Assembly (NCBI GenBank): GCA_038043445.1
Contig: JBBTBY010000027.1
Coordinates: forward strand, 56,153 to 120,152
DNA: 64,000 nucleotides
Direction of reading: 5' to 3'
Source of the DNA: Spirochaetota bacterium
GTDB lineage: Bacteria; Spirochaetota; Brachyspiria; Brachyspirales; JACRPF01
The translations under genes and the position numbers were made by a program. Below are positions 1-11,400 of the stretch, in pieces. The notes below the pieces were generated by a model that was given only the letters and a program-made list of their open reading frames with translations, made no database searches and was not told where the DNA came from. Numbering within the stretch: the first letter of the stretch is position 1; every line of letters begins with the position of its first letter.

Positions 1-99
1 CCGTGACCTCGGTGGTTTTATTTTCTTACGTGATCTGTTGGGCTGGGGTTATGCGTGCGGTAATCTTTATTTCATGCTATCATTCGATGAGGAGTTCCT

Positions 100-1248
100 A
101 TGCTTGAGAAGTACAGGTCAAAATTAGATTCCATCGTCATCGATGAGATAGAGCTCATGCGCTTCGACGTGGATGTGGTTCGCCATTACAGCTGGGGCAA
201 TTGGTACAGCCGCCAGATAGGATTCATTCGCATCGCGTCCGGATCGGTCTCCGGGTGGGGTGAGAACAGGATAACCTCCAACGATAAGAACGTCGATGTG
301 AAAAAGTGGGGCGAGTGTTTCGCCGAGTTGAAGGGCATGCCGCTCTCCGCTGCGCTCTCGCTCGTTGCCGAAAAACTTTCCCCGTGGGGCAATCTGCGCG
401 TTGAGATGGCGGAGATGGCGCTCATCGATCTTGCGGGGAAAAAGCTCGGTGTTTCGGCGGCCGAACTTCTCGATATGCCCGGTGAGAAACCGGTTCCCGG
501 TCTCTACTGTGTTCTTGAGGACGATGCGGCGAAGGCCGGCGCGGCGGCAGCCGCCGTGAAGGCGATGGGATACAGCTCACATATAAAGGTGAAACTTTTC
601 GGGAAGCCCGAGCTTGATAAAGCGGTGATAACGGCCGTCAGAAAAGAGATGGGACGCGATACCTATATCGTCGGCGATGTGAACTGCGGGTATCGAATGA
701 AAAAATCGACTGATCCTGTCGACGATATCGCCCCGTCGCTCATGGCATTGCACGCGGTCGGTCTTAACGCCTGTGAAGACCCCGCGGATATGGATCATGA
801 GCAATGGGTCGCGCTGCAGAAGAAAGTCGGCGCGCTCGATCTCATTCCCGATCACATCATGCGTCCGGCGGTGAAAGCGATACACACGGTGATCCCCGGC
901 ATGGGAAGGATATACAATATCCATCCCGGCTGCATGGGGTCGGTTATCGCCGCGGTCGCGCTTGCGAAGAAAGTGAGGTCCTTCGGCGCGAAACTCATGA
1001 TAGGCGATGACAGTCTCATCGGCCCCGCGCTTTCGAGCTGGCAGCAGGTCGCCGTCGGTCTCGATGCCGAATGGGTGGAGGCGCTGGAAAAAGAGGGCGA
1101 GTCGGAAGTGTTCCTCGACTGCGTGCGGTCTCAGGCGACGGAAAAACAGGGCGGTACGATGGCGATAAAAGCATCACGACCCGGTTTCGGATTGGATATC
1201 GATACGGTTGCATTGCGGAAAAAGGCGCTGGTTTCGACCATCGTGTGA
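100..1248 (+). CDS. Enolase-superfamily enzyme (mandelate racemase / muconate lactonizing enzyme family; possibly dipeptide epimerase-like)
   Basis: 382-aa ORF. Has a KxK motif ('IKVKLFGK') and spaced acidic residues typical of MR/MLE barrel enzymes. Start context ggagttcctATG. Confidence 0.55.
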   Translation: MLEKYRSKLDSIVIDEIELMRFDVDVVRHYSWGNWYSRQIGFIRIASGSVSGWGENRITSNDKNVDVKKWGECFAELKGMPLSAALSLVAEKLSPWGNLRVEMAEMALIDLAGKKLGVSAAELLDMPGEKPVPGLYCVLEDDAAKAGAAAAAVKAMGYSSHIKVKLFGKPELDKAVITAVRKEMGRDTYIVGDVNCGYRMKKSTDPVDDIAPSLMALHAVGLNACEDPADMDHEQWVALQKKVGALDLIPDHIMRPAVKAIHTVIPGMGRIYNIHPGCMGSVIAAVALAKKVRSFGAKLMIGDDSLIGPALSSWQQVAVGLDAEWVEALEKEGESEVFLDCVRSQATEKQGGTMAIKASRPGFGLDIDTVALRKKALVSTIV

Positions 1249-1355
1249 ATCGTATGACGGCGTGATCCGTTGCGCAACATCCATATGCTTTTGCAAAAAG
1301 TCCATGGCGTTCGCCGCAGTTCTTTGGTATACTGAGGGAAGTCAGGAGACAGATC

Positions 1356-4067
1356 ATGATACGTCATGTGGTAAGCGCCATCGTGCTTTTCTGTGTATCG
1401 TATTGCTGCCAAGCGGCTGCGCCGGCGGTGTTCGCGATCTATATGCCGGGGCTTACGAAATATCGCGGGCCGGGATGGCCGGGTGCTGTCGATAAAACGA
1501 GGCTTCCGATAACCGGCAACAGGACGAACGACATACTCACCGAAGTCGACGCGGCAATAGCGGCTGGTATAGACGGCTTTATCTTTGCCCCGACGGTGAA
1601 TACGAGCGACGCGGCCCGTCAGAAACAGCTGGACGAGTATGAAGGCTTCCTTGGCATTGTACGGCGGAGGAATTTTACCGCTCCGTTCATGATGGACTGC
1701 AATACGGGCGCGGTGCATACGCCCGAGGACGTACGCTCCATGGCGCGCATGTGGTTCTCCCGTTTTGCGAACGCAGAAGTGCCGCGCAAAAACGGATCGC
1801 CGATAATCATGACCTATCAGGCTGACGATCAAAAACCGGAATTCTGGCGCGAATTATTCGCCGAACTTGCCGGTAAGGGGTATCGCGGTCATTGGCTCGC
1901 CCATCTGAAGCCGATACGCGCACAGGCCGACGGTTCATTGTCGCCGGCGCATGCGGCACTGGCGCGGTCATATATCGATGCCGGATTCTCCGGTATCGCA
2001 GATTCGGGGATCAACATCTACGCCCATCAGTACAGCAATCTGATACGCGCATACAAAGAAGCGGGCGGGGAAGGCTTGGAAACGATCATGGTGTCGCCAT
2101 GGCCCGAATATTGGCGCACGCAGTACTCTATCTTAATTCCGCCGGACGGGACCGCATTGCTGCGCGCAACATGGGAAAGCGTGCTTGCCGGCGGTGCGAC
2201 CATGTTCGATCTCTACAGCTGGAACGATTTTTCCGAGGAGCATCAGATCGCTCCGTCGCTCCTGAAAAGCACTATTCGCAGTGATATTACCCGCTATTAC
2301 ACAGCGCAGTTCAAGGGAACAGCGGTCGTTTTTCCGGGCTCGCGCGTGTATCTCTCGTATCGAAAAAGCCTCCCGCTCGGAGAATCAATATGCGTCGAAG
2401 TGCTCGGAATGCCCTGCGAAGCGGCTTCCTCGCCGGTGTCGGTGGAATTGCGTAACCCCGACGGGTCTGTCATCAGGAAGGGAGAAGATGTCGTGCTGAG
2501 CGGAGCGGCCATGGAGGCAAAGCGTCTCGTGTTCTCTCCCCGGGACTTCGATCCCGCGCGTGTTGTTCACATCTACGCAGCTCTGGGAAAGAACGGTGTA
2601 ATGCGGTATATCGATTTCATCCGGCTTATTCCCGGCATAAGCGAAGATCATACAACGGTCAGCCACCTGCTTTCGGCAATGCACGATGCACCGACGATAG
2701 CAGTAAAGGGCAGCGTTCTGTCAGCATCTTCCGTGAAGGGTGCAAGCCGTATCCAGATACTGCGCAATTCCGACGAGGCGGTCGCCTCATCTCCGAGCGG
2801 CGCCTTGTCTGTTCCGGCAGGAATGCAACGCATGCGGCTTCGGATAGTTCTCAGCGAGCCGCCGCCGGCAGCCCCTCGCGGGTCGCTATGCTTCGAGGAC
2901 GGGGTCGTGCTTCGGGTGAACAATGCGCATTCCCACGGGGTGCCGCCGCAGCTCTTGTCCATTTCCAACAGCAACTGCGTGATCTTTGCGCTCCCGCAGG
3001 CGGGTAATTTCTATCATGGCGGTTTTTTTGTCGATGCGGCAATGCGCGATACAGGCCGTGTTGTATTTCAACTCGACGGGGGGCCGGCGATAACCTGGTC
3101 GCGCGTCGATGTTGAAGAGAAACGCATACTGGCATCTTCATATGACAAGATAAAAATGATCATGCTGCTGGTCGGCGGAGAGCGTCTGTACGATGAATCC
3201 GCGGACGGTGTAGCGTCAATGGCGGTCATCGACACCGCGTCGCTCCCGAAGGGATGTGCGAACGATGTGTACTATGCGCGCTCATTCTCCCCGGTCGGCG
3301 AATGGGCGAATTCGACCCCGATCTTCAGCGCCAGTGAGGCGGCGCATGGTATGCCCGTTATCGATACGATGAGCGGCGAGCGTTATGAAACGAAAGTAAG
3401 CGATGACGAAGCGCTCATGCTTTCTTACGATTTTAACGAGACGCCGTCCGATCTTTTTCTTGTGCGTGATTCATCCGTACGCGGACTGCATACCGTTCTC
3501 GCATCGGGCGCATTTCTCCTCACCGGTTCAACCGGCGCCATGTACGCCGGGAATTCCAGTATGGAACCCGTTCGCACGAATGGCGCGCTCGTGTTCGACG
3601 GTATCGACGACGTGCTCGCCATGCCCAACTGCGTTCCCGCTGTATCCTATACCGTGGATATGTCCGTGACCGTGAGCGCCTTCGATGTCGAGCGTACGCT
3701 TTTCACCGATCGACGATACGGCGGCGCACACGGCAAACTCTGTATTCGCGTACAAGCCGACGGGAAAGTAAAAGTGTCATGCAAGACAATGTCGCAATGG
3801 TTCGATTTCACGAGCGATCGATCAGTGCCGGCGAATAAAGGATCGCGCATCACCGTTGTCAATGATGCGAAAAACATAACGATGTACATCGACGGCGCCG
3901 CGGCCGGGAGCATGCCGTATCCCGGAGCGGATACGCGGCCGATATTTTCATGCGTGGGGAAAGAGATAGACGGGTCGGGGTATGTCGGCGCTCAGGGAGC
4001 GAGTCAGCCGTTCAAGGGGAGCGTTCATTCCATTCGTATCCACTGCGTCCCGCTTCCCCCGCGATGA
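1356..4067 (+). CDS. Large secreted protein with C-terminal LamG/concanavalin-A-like domain
   Basis: 903 aa. N-terminal signal peptide 'MIRHVVSAIVLFCVSYCCQAAAP'. C-terminus 'FDGIDDVLAMP...ITMYIDGAAAG' is a typical LamG-like lectin/glucanase pattern. Confidence 0.55.
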   Translation: MIRHVVSAIVLFCVSYCCQAAAPAVFAIYMPGLTKYRGPGWPGAVDKTRLPITGNRTNDILTEVDAAIAAGIDGFIFAPTVNTSDAARQKQLDEYEGFLGIVRRRNFTAPFMMDCNTGAVHTPEDVRSMARMWFSRFANAEVPRKNGSPIIMTYQADDQKPEFWRELFAELAGKGYRGHWLAHLKPIRAQADGSLSPAHAALARSYIDAGFSGIADSGINIYAHQYSNLIRAYKEAGGEGLETIMVSPWPEYWRTQYSILIPPDGTALLRATWESVLAGGATMFDLYSWNDFSEEHQIAPSLLKSTIRSDITRYYTAQFKGTAVVFPGSRVYLSYRKSLPLGESICVEVLGMPCEAASSPVSVELRNPDGSVIRKGEDVVLSGAAMEAKRLVFSPRDFDPARVVHIYAALGKNGVMRYIDFIRLIPGISEDHTTVSHLLSAMHDAPTIAVKGSVLSASSVKGASRIQILRNSDEAVASSPSGALSVPAGMQRMRLRIVLSEPPPAAPRGSLCFEDGVVLRVNNAHSHGVPPQLLSISNSNCVIFALPQAGNFYHGGFFVDAAMRDTGRVVFQLDGGPAITWSRVDVEEKRILASSYDKIKMIMLLVGGERLYDESADGVASMAVIDTASLPKGCANDVYYARSFSPVGEWANSTPIFSASEAAHGMPVIDTMSGERYETKVSDDEALMLSYDFNETPSDLFLVRDSSVRGLHTVLASGAFLLTGSTGAMYAGNSSMEPVRTNGALVFDGIDDVLAMPNCVPAVSYTVDMSVTVSAFDVERTLFTDRRYGGAHGKLCIRVQADGKVKVSCKTMSQWFDFTSDRSVPANKGSRITVVNDAKNITMYIDGAAAGSMPYPGADTRPIFSCVGKEIDGSGYVGAQGASQPFKGSVHSIRIHCVPLPPR

Positions 4068-4092
4068 TGCGTATGGAGAAGCTTTCGCTCTG

Positions 4093-5079
4093 TCACGAGC
4101 CGAGCGAGTCGATAAGCTCTTTCTGCGTGAGCGTCGCCGTTCCGCGTTTGCCTACGACGACACCCGCCGCGTAGTTCGCGATGAACGCTGCGTCGAGGAA
4201 CGAGAGCTTCGCCGCAAGCCCCATGGCGAGCGCAGCAATGACGGTATCGCCCGCGCCGGAAACATCGTACACCGCTTTTGCTTTTGTCGGGATGAAGAAC
4301 GGTGTCTTCCCTTTTATCTCATCGGAGAATATCGCCATGCCCTGCGGTCCGAGCGTTATCATGAGATGCGGCATGTCAAGTGAATCCTTGATGTGCCATC
4401 CAAGTTTTGCGATCGCTTCCTTCGATGATACATCGATCTCCCGGTGTGCGCCCTCGGATGCTTCCTTGAGATTGGGCGTCATCGAAGTGATGCCGTTGTA
4501 GAGCGGAAAGTGTTTTATCGACGGATCGGCGAGCACGAACTTTTTTTTCTTTTTCGCCGTACGCATGATATGGTCGATGGAATCGCGCGTGATGACGCCC
4601 TTCGCATAATCGGAGATGATGATGCCGTCGTAATCGTCCAGATGCCGGCTTACGTACGCTTCTACCGCCATGCGCGCTTCCGCGCTGACAGGCGACATGT
4701 TCTCATGGTCGATGCGCACCACCTGCTGCGTACCGGCGATGATGCGCGTTTTCGTTATCGTAGGCCGCGCCGTATCGATGATGATGCCGTCCGGCGATAT
4801 TCCCGAGCGCTCCATATCCGAGACGATGTGTTCGGCCTCGCGGTCTTTGCCGATGATGCCGACGAGCCCCGCTTTCCCGCCGAGGGCACGGATATTACGC
4901 GCAACATTTCCTGCGCCGCCGAGAAAGCTCGTTTCGTTCTTCACATGGACGACGGGTACCGGCGCTTCCGGTGAGATGCGAACAACATCGCCGTAGACGA
5001 AACGGTCGAGCATGATATCGCCGATGACGAGGACGGCTGTCTTTGACAGGCGGGGTATCGAGGTGCGGTAATTGCGCAT
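4093..5079 (-). CDS. hldA: D-glycero-beta-D-manno-heptose-7-phosphate kinase (RfaE/HldE domain I, PfkB family)
   Basis: Strong match to HldE kinase domain: 'AVLVIGDIMLDRFVYGDVVRISPEAPVPVV...GGAGNVARNIRALGG' and the C-terminal 'DVSGAGDTVIAALA' PfkB motif. The internal Met start avoids overlap with the upstream gene. Kinase domain only, no adenylyltransferase half. Confidence 0.85.
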   Translation of the reverse strand: MRNYRTSIPRLSKTAVLVIGDIMLDRFVYGDVVRISPEAPVPVVHVKNETSFLGGAGNVARNIRALGGKAGLVGIIGKDREAEHIVSDMERSGISPDGIIIDTARPTITKTRIIAGTQQVVRIDHENMSPVSAEARMAVEAYVSRHLDDYDGIIISDYAKGVITRDSIDHIMRTAKKKKKFVLADPSIKHFPLYNGITSMTPNLKEASEGAHREIDVSSKEAIAKLGWHIKDSLDMPHLMITLGPQGMAIFSDEIKGKTPFFIPTKAKAVYDVSGAGDTVIAALAMGLAAKLSFLDAAFIANYAAGVVVGKRGTATLTQKELIDSLGS

Positions 5080-5086
5080 GGTCTCC

Positions 5087-7210
5087 TCAGCGGGGGGTGA
5101 GATTGACGTTCGAGTACGTCGCACCGGTTATCGATTTAAGGGCTTCGAGTGCAAGCACGCGTACTCCCCATATTTCCTTCGCGTTATAGAGGTATTTCTC
5201 AAGCGGTTTTACCGCGCGGTAATCGCGCAGACGCCCGAGCGCATCGATGACGATCATCTTTTCCTGGTCGTCCTTCGCTGCGGCGAGCAGGGGTTCGAGC
5301 ACGGGGTAGATGCGCGGGTCGTTTATATACCCGATGCCGTCGATGACGGCCGCGCGTTTATCCGGCGGCGAATTGAGCAGGTTCGTGAGGATGGCGATAT
5401 CAAGGTCGGGTACATCGGCCAAGCGCCCTATCCAGCGTGTTGCGTGATAGATATCCTCGTGGTCGTAGTAGAATTCGAACGCCTTGACGGCGAAGGTACT
5501 GTCCGGGGTACCCATACGGAACGCGTGTATGAGCGCTTTGTCGGCCCGTTCAATGGCATTAGTGACAGAAGGAGAGAGCGTCGCCCGCCGGTCATCGGCA
5601 ACGGATTCAAGACGCAGATACGCGCGTGAAAGGTCGGCGTACGCGCGGGACGCAATACCCGAACGGCCGCCCAACAGTACCGTATCGATGAAGGACCGCA
5701 GAGGATTCTCCTTCTTTTTCTGGGGCATCAATGGCGGGGGGGCCGGCTGCGAGACCGGAGGCGGGACGGGGCGTTTCTGCTCCCGCATTTTCGGCGTCGG
5801 AAAGGGTATCGCGGTCAAGAAATTCTCGACATAGAAATGCAGTGCCGCTTTATCGGTCAGGGTCCGGATGAGCCCCTCTGCAGCGCGCGCTGCGGTTTCC
5901 GAGCGGACGTCCTCCGGTATGCGATCTGAGACCGCGTCGAAGGAGAGGACGTATGCCCCGCGAAGCGGGACGGCTATGGTCGCACCGCGCGGGTCGATAT
6001 ATCGTTCGCGCTTTTTTGCTTCATAGAAATCCCTGAGCGCCGCAGGGCCGACATCGGCGGACATGCGGGCATTGCTCGCTACGGAGGCGATGAGCGTATC
6101 CGCGAGCACACGGTCATGGATGGCGTATCGTTCATGCCGCACCGACGGATGATTATCTATCCAAAGACCGGCATAATGGCGCATGATGACGGCACGTGAT
6201 ACTTCCTGCTCGATGAGCGCGCACTGCATTATCCAATTGGTCGAAGCGGCCTGGTATTCCATCTTCTGCATATCCGTTGCGTTCTCCGGAGGACGTACGG
6301 ATGAAAGAAGAGCGATGAATTCGCCGTAGGTGAACGTGTAGTCACGGTACTGCGCGAGTACCGCGTTCGAAGCCGGCGATGAAGCGAGGATGCCGTATGA
6401 GCGGCGTATGTCGTTCGCGCGGATGAGGCGCTGTTCCTGCGACCGTATCATCCAGCCGATCTTCTGCGCACGGTATTGCTCTCGTCCGTAGCTGTCGTTC
6501 TTTATCGATTGAAGGACCTTCGGGTCACGCTTCTGCTTTCCATACAGTATGAGCGCCATGTAGCCGAACGAGGCATCGATGAGGCGTATCTCTCCTTCTT
6601 TCATCGATGCGATCATCGGGGCGATCTCGGGGTCGAAGCTGTAATAATCGCGCGTTTCGACCATCGGGAATATGCGCCAGTCAGCGGGAAGGGGGCCGGC
6701 AGCGCCGATGTTCGATACGCCGTGCGCGCGCATGTTCGATATTAACGTCAGCATCCCGCGCTTGGCCTTCGCCCGCATATCCGCCGGGAGATAGAACGCG
6801 ACGGGCGCGAAAACGGCGCCGGTGGAATAGCCGACAGCAAGACGGTCGAAGTCCGATCCGGTGAGCCTGACACGGGGCGTTACGATCGCTGACTGATAGA
6901 CCGAACGTTTGAGCGATCCGATCTCCCTGATAAGGGCGTTCCTGAACTGAGGCGACTTGTCGATGCCGCGCGCTTGTGCCTCTTTCACCATGAGCCGCCG
7001 TTCGACGAGCATGCGTATCTCGTTCTTCTGCGCTTCCATATTGCCGACGATGGAGGCTTGACGGGACTCATCGTACGTACGCATCGCTTCCTTGAGGTCG
7101 CTCCTGCGTATCTCGCCGCCATGATATGCCGCTACCGGATTGCGGTCGCTGCAGCCGGTCATGATGAGGGACAGGGTAAGGAGCGCCAGCGGTATCGTCA
7201 TGGTTTTCAT
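5087..7210 (-). CDS. Lipoprotein with SurA-N/PpiC-like region and C-terminal HEAT repeats
   Basis: 707 aa. Lipobox 'LIMTGCSD'. N-terminal chaperone-like region. Pro-rich linker 'PVPPPVSQPAPPPLMP'. C-terminal HEAT-like repeats ('DPRIYPVLEPLLAAAKDDQEKMIVIDALGRL...'). Confidence 0.5.
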   Translation of the reverse strand: MKTMTIPLALLTLSLIMTGCSDRNPVAAYHGGEIRRSDLKEAMRTYDESRQASIVGNMEAQKNEIRMLVERRLMVKEAQARGIDKSPQFRNALIREIGSLKRSVYQSAIVTPRVRLTGSDFDRLAVGYSTGAVFAPVAFYLPADMRAKAKRGMLTLISNMRAHGVSNIGAAGPLPADWRIFPMVETRDYYSFDPEIAPMIASMKEGEIRLIDASFGYMALILYGKQKRDPKVLQSIKNDSYGREQYRAQKIGWMIRSQEQRLIRANDIRRSYGILASSPASNAVLAQYRDYTFTYGEFIALLSSVRPPENATDMQKMEYQAASTNWIMQCALIEQEVSRAVIMRHYAGLWIDNHPSVRHERYAIHDRVLADTLIASVASNARMSADVGPAALRDFYEAKKRERYIDPRGATIAVPLRGAYVLSFDAVSDRIPEDVRSETAARAAEGLIRTLTDKAALHFYVENFLTAIPFPTPKMREQKRPVPPPVSQPAPPPLMPQKKKENPLRSFIDTVLLGGRSGIASRAYADLSRAYLRLESVADDRRATLSPSVTNAIERADKALIHAFRMGTPDSTFAVKAFEFYYDHEDIYHATRWIGRLADVPDLDIAILTNLLNSPPDKRAAVIDGIGYINDPRIYPVLEPLLAAAKDDQEKMIVIDALGRLRDYRAVKPLEKYLYNAKEIWGVRVLALEALKSITGATYSNVNLTPR

Positions 7211-7253
7211 ACTGCAAAGTATATCAGAAACCGCTTACATGTAAATATGCGTT

Positions 7254-8231
7254 TTATTTCTTTTTATCGAGGGTGCGCCTGAACCATGCGATAGTATCGG
7301 CGACCGTGGTCTCAAGCGGCCGCGGGGTGTAACCGAGCTCGCGCTTCGCTTTTTCGGACGACACCGATGGGTTCATCTGCAGTATATCAACGGCCTTTAC
7401 CGTGAACATCGGGTCGGTATGCGAAACGGCGTACCACAATTCCATGAAACGCGCTATCACCCGCGCCATGCTTGCGGACATACGGAGCATCGGCCGCCGT
7501 ACACCGGAGAGGCGTTCAATGAGGAGCATAAGCTCATGCACGGAACACGGCGTTCCCGCGGCTATGTATTTTTCGCCGGCACGAGCGCGTTCAGCGGCGA
7601 GTATATGGAGCACGGCGACATCGCGAACGTCCACGAAATCGAATCCCCCGTCGGGATAGCCGATGAGCTTCCGCGACATCGCGTCATATATCATGCGTCC
7701 GAGGGCCGAGGGGCGGCGGTCGAACGGACCGATGATGGCGGTCGGGGATACTATGATCGTTTCGAAGTCCCTGACATTCTGCACCATGATGCTTGCAAGC
7801 GCTTTTGTCCGCCCGTACTCCATGATCGCATGGTCGGGATCGAACGAAGTTCCCTCGGTGACCGTCAAGCCCGGCACACCGATACCGAGCGCTTCGATGG
7901 AACTTGTATACACGAGACGCCGCACACCCGCTTCGCGGCAGGCGCGAATGACATTTTCAGTCCCCGCAACGTTCACTCGGTGCAGTGCATCGGAATGCTT
8001 CGGTACGATGGAGATGAGCGCGGCGGTATGATAGACGGTGTCCGCTCCGGTGAACGCGCGCACAAGCGAGGCGGTATCGGTTATATCCCCTTCGTGCACG
8101 ACGGCGGATGCCGGTATGAGCGGCCGCTGCCTCTGTGAACGAAGCAGTACGGATATCGTCTCTCCGCGTTCGTCAAGTTCATGGACGAGGGCCTGTCCGA
8201 GATGTCCTGTCGCTCCGGTAACCGCTGTCAT
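7254..8231 (-). CDS. NAD-dependent epimerase/dehydratase family protein (SDR, extended)
   Basis: N-terminal Rossmann motif 'VTGATGHLGQALVHEL'. ~325 aa from the internal Met, with an AGGAGA RBS upstream. Confidence 0.7.
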   Translation of the reverse strand: MTAVTGATGHLGQALVHELDERGETISVLLRSQRQRPLIPASAVVHEGDITDTASLVRAFTGADTVYHTAALISIVPKHSDALHRVNVAGTENVIRACREAGVRRLVYTSSIEALGIGVPGLTVTEGTSFDPDHAIMEYGRTKALASIMVQNVRDFETIIVSPTAIIGPFDRRPSALGRMIYDAMSRKLIGYPDGGFDFVDVRDVAVLHILAAERARAGEKYIAAGTPCSVHELMLLIERLSGVRRPMLRMSASMARVIARFMELWYAVSHTDPMFTVKAVDILQMNPSVSSEKAKRELGYTPRPLETTVADTIAWFRRTLDKKK

Positions 8232-8406
8232 GGGGAATTCTCCTGAACCATAATACGCTTGCCTCTGCTGAAATGCAAATCGCACGCGGCTGCTGAGTCG
8301 ACGGCAGGATGCCTGATTAGATACAAATATGCCTGAACATACATTTACATTCTACGGGGGATATAGAATACTGGTACAAGGAAATACAGCGTTATGCGCG
8401 AGCAAT

Positions 8407-8428
8407 GCACAAGTGCTGCACAAGTGCT
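8407..8428 (+). promoter_or_regulatory. Tandem 11-bp direct repeat (GCACAAGTGCT x2), candidate operator just upstream of the RBS of the T9SS-CTD protein gene
   Basis: Exact tandem copy 'gcacaagtgctgcacaagtgct' read directly. Each unit has GCAC/GTGC dyad ends. It sits 3 nt before GGAG at 8431. Confidence 0.35.
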
Positions 8429-8439
8429 CAGGAGCGACC

Positions 8440-11400
8440 GTGGTCAGAATACTAACCTATAGTGTATGTTTTGCCGCATTTATTTTTACTCTGACAGCAA
8501 TGCCGTCGTACGATGACGTTCTGCTTGTCATCAAGGCGGGAGATGCAGCATCGGCGGAGATAGGGACGTATTTTCAGACGGCGAGGAAGATACCTGCGGT
8601 CAATGTCGCCACGATATCGCTCTCCGGTTCGGGGGCGACAAAGGTTCCCATGGCGCAGCGCGATCAATTCGTAACCGACATAAAGAATTACATCGATGCG
8701 AACGGTCTTGCCGGCAAGATAAACTATATCGTCCTGTCATCCGGGTTCCCGACGAAAGGATATGACAATGCCGGCAGCACGGCCTGGTCGATCCTTGATG
8801 TGTATATCATGCACAAGCTTTCGTCGATGTATCCATTGGCGTCATGGTGCACCAATAACCCGTATGCCTATATTCGGAAGAGCAATTATCTGAACCGCGA
8901 GAGCATAAAATTCTCGAAGAGCAAGTACGGCTATTACATCGTCACCCGGCTTGACGGCCCGAGCCGTTCGGCCATCAAGAAGATGATCGATAATTTCGGA
9001 CCAACGGTGTTCGATTCCTGGCAGGGCGGCGTCAAGTATGTCGTCGACTCCATGGCGCAGTACACCGGCTCGTCCGCGCAGCAGCATCACGAGGATATAC
9101 GGGCGAACATCACGGCGCGCGGGGGCACATTCGTGCTCTGGAGAACGAATGACGGTTTCGTGAATAATTGCTCCGGCATCAATTTCCTCGACGCGGACTG
9201 GGTGGTCGGTGCGGATGGCGCCTATTCGCGCGGATCGGTCATCTCGAGTTTTCCGCATCAATGGAAGCGGCTGTCGTTCCGACCCGGCTCGGTCATGCAG
9301 ACGTATCGGTCGTTCCCGACCGGCGATGGTTATTTCGCGACGACGCAGTTCGGGCTCTGGGAATACAACCCGGGAACGCTCACAAGCAGAATGGCATCCG
9401 ACGGCAGCGACTACGAAGTGATGAATATGGCGGATGTCGGTATCAACGAGGACGATCATACGATATGGTGTGCGACAAGTCTTCATCCGGACCATGAGAG
9501 CATCAGTACTCATGACCATGTCTCGGTGGATTATATGCGACGTCACGGCGCCGGGGTCGCGGTGTATGATAAATCCGGGAATCTTATCGTCCGCTATACG
9601 AAGGATAATACGGGCGGCGGGCTCCTGTGCGATGCGGTATACACCGTTTCCTATGATAAATTCAATCACCGCATGTGGGTCGGGACGTTCTCCGGTGTCT
9701 GTTATTTCAATACCGTCACGAGATCCTGGGGTACGCCCGCGGGGCTTACGCATCCGGACGGCGCGCGTGTCGCTCAGATTTACGTTGACCCGACCACGTC
9801 GGGGCAGCGTATCTATGTGACCTTCACCCAGGGCGGATCGGGCACATCGACCCGCGTTCCGAACAGGCTCGCTTCGTGGCACCGGGTCTTTGAATACAAT
9901 GTGGGGGGCAATTCGACCGCGGTGCTGAGTCTCGGTGTTGCCGATACGTTCTACAGCGCGAAAGTGGCGAAGACCGATGCGGATATCATCTGGTTCAGGT
10001 ACGGTACGAACAGGAACAGCACGAATTTCTATTATCTCAGGAAGGTGCAGCTTTCCACGAGCGCGAAGTTATATGAGGTGTCGTTCCGTGATATCGGCGG
10101 TTTGGATTATACCCCGCCGATGTCGCATGTCCGCTGTCCGCATAACATTGTTGTCGATGCGAGCGGGGCGACGAAATATCTGTATACTCCCATCGGCACA
10201 TCGAATGCGGCACCGACGATAAAGAACGGCGTGCTCCGAATTACGGAAGGTGCAGTCCCCGCCGCGGAGATCTGGGGGTCCGCAGGAATGTGGACGGGAA
10301 CGTCTCCGGAACTGGCGAATGTCGTGGGGCATGTGGTCATACAGAACCCGTTCCACCCGGACCGCATCTACCTTGTCACCCGCCAGCATTCCACGATACG
10401 GTCAACAAGCGGAAAGATATTCGAGATGAGTTCCGTGAATACGGCCGGCACCGAAATAAAAGCGGGGAGCACATCGCTCATCAATGTGAACGGCGCGGTG
10501 TTCGACGAGCAGAGCGACGGCAAGCTCTGGTTCGTGCGCTACCAGTATGCAGCGGTCGGGCAATACGCACTGTATGAACTTTACAATTACGGTCTTACCG
10601 GCGCCATGGGCGGCTTCAGTCACGATGGGTTCTATTATGACGGGCAGATGCTGTCCTCGACACCGCCGGCATCGGAATTCATCGCGAATACCGAACCGGA
10701 TTATCATCTCTACAGCGCCGAGTCATCGGGTTCCCCGACGCTCATGTCCATGTATCAGCTGAAGGGCATGGCAATGCTTCTGCTCGACGGATTCTATTTC
10801 GCCGAGGCGCGTTTCGGCTCATTGGCGATATATCCGACACAGGGGAGCGGCGGCCATTACGCACATATGATCGTCATGGACCCCAAGGCGGCCCCGTATG
10901 CACCGCGCGTGGATCTCAGCGCATTGCATCCGAACGTTACGGAAAGCATCTACACCGCGGAAGTGTTCACCCCGAGCGTTGCGAGCAAGAGTGCGTTCAT
11001 CGCAGGCAGCATCAATGCCGGCACGGTCCGTTTGTACGGCCCCGGGAGCGTCTACATCCCCGCCGACAGCATAACGCTCAATGACAAGGGAACATCGCTT
11101 GAGATACGGTATGACGCGAGGACCGGGGCGACAGCGAGCGGTGCGTACACCCTCGTGCTCAAGTGCGGTGTTGACGGTATCAAGAACGCACGGGGCGCGT
11201 CGCTGGTGAATACGAAGGCGGATGAGTTCAAGGACGAGGTATCCCTTACCTACAATGCCGAGCTTGACCATACCGCACCGACGGTCGCGGGATTTCCGGC
11301 GAGTTTCACGACGAATCGCGGTTTCACCATTGACCTGACCGTCGATGAGGATAATGGATATTGGTCGACGAACGGTGTGACGTATACGGCATTTGCAAAG

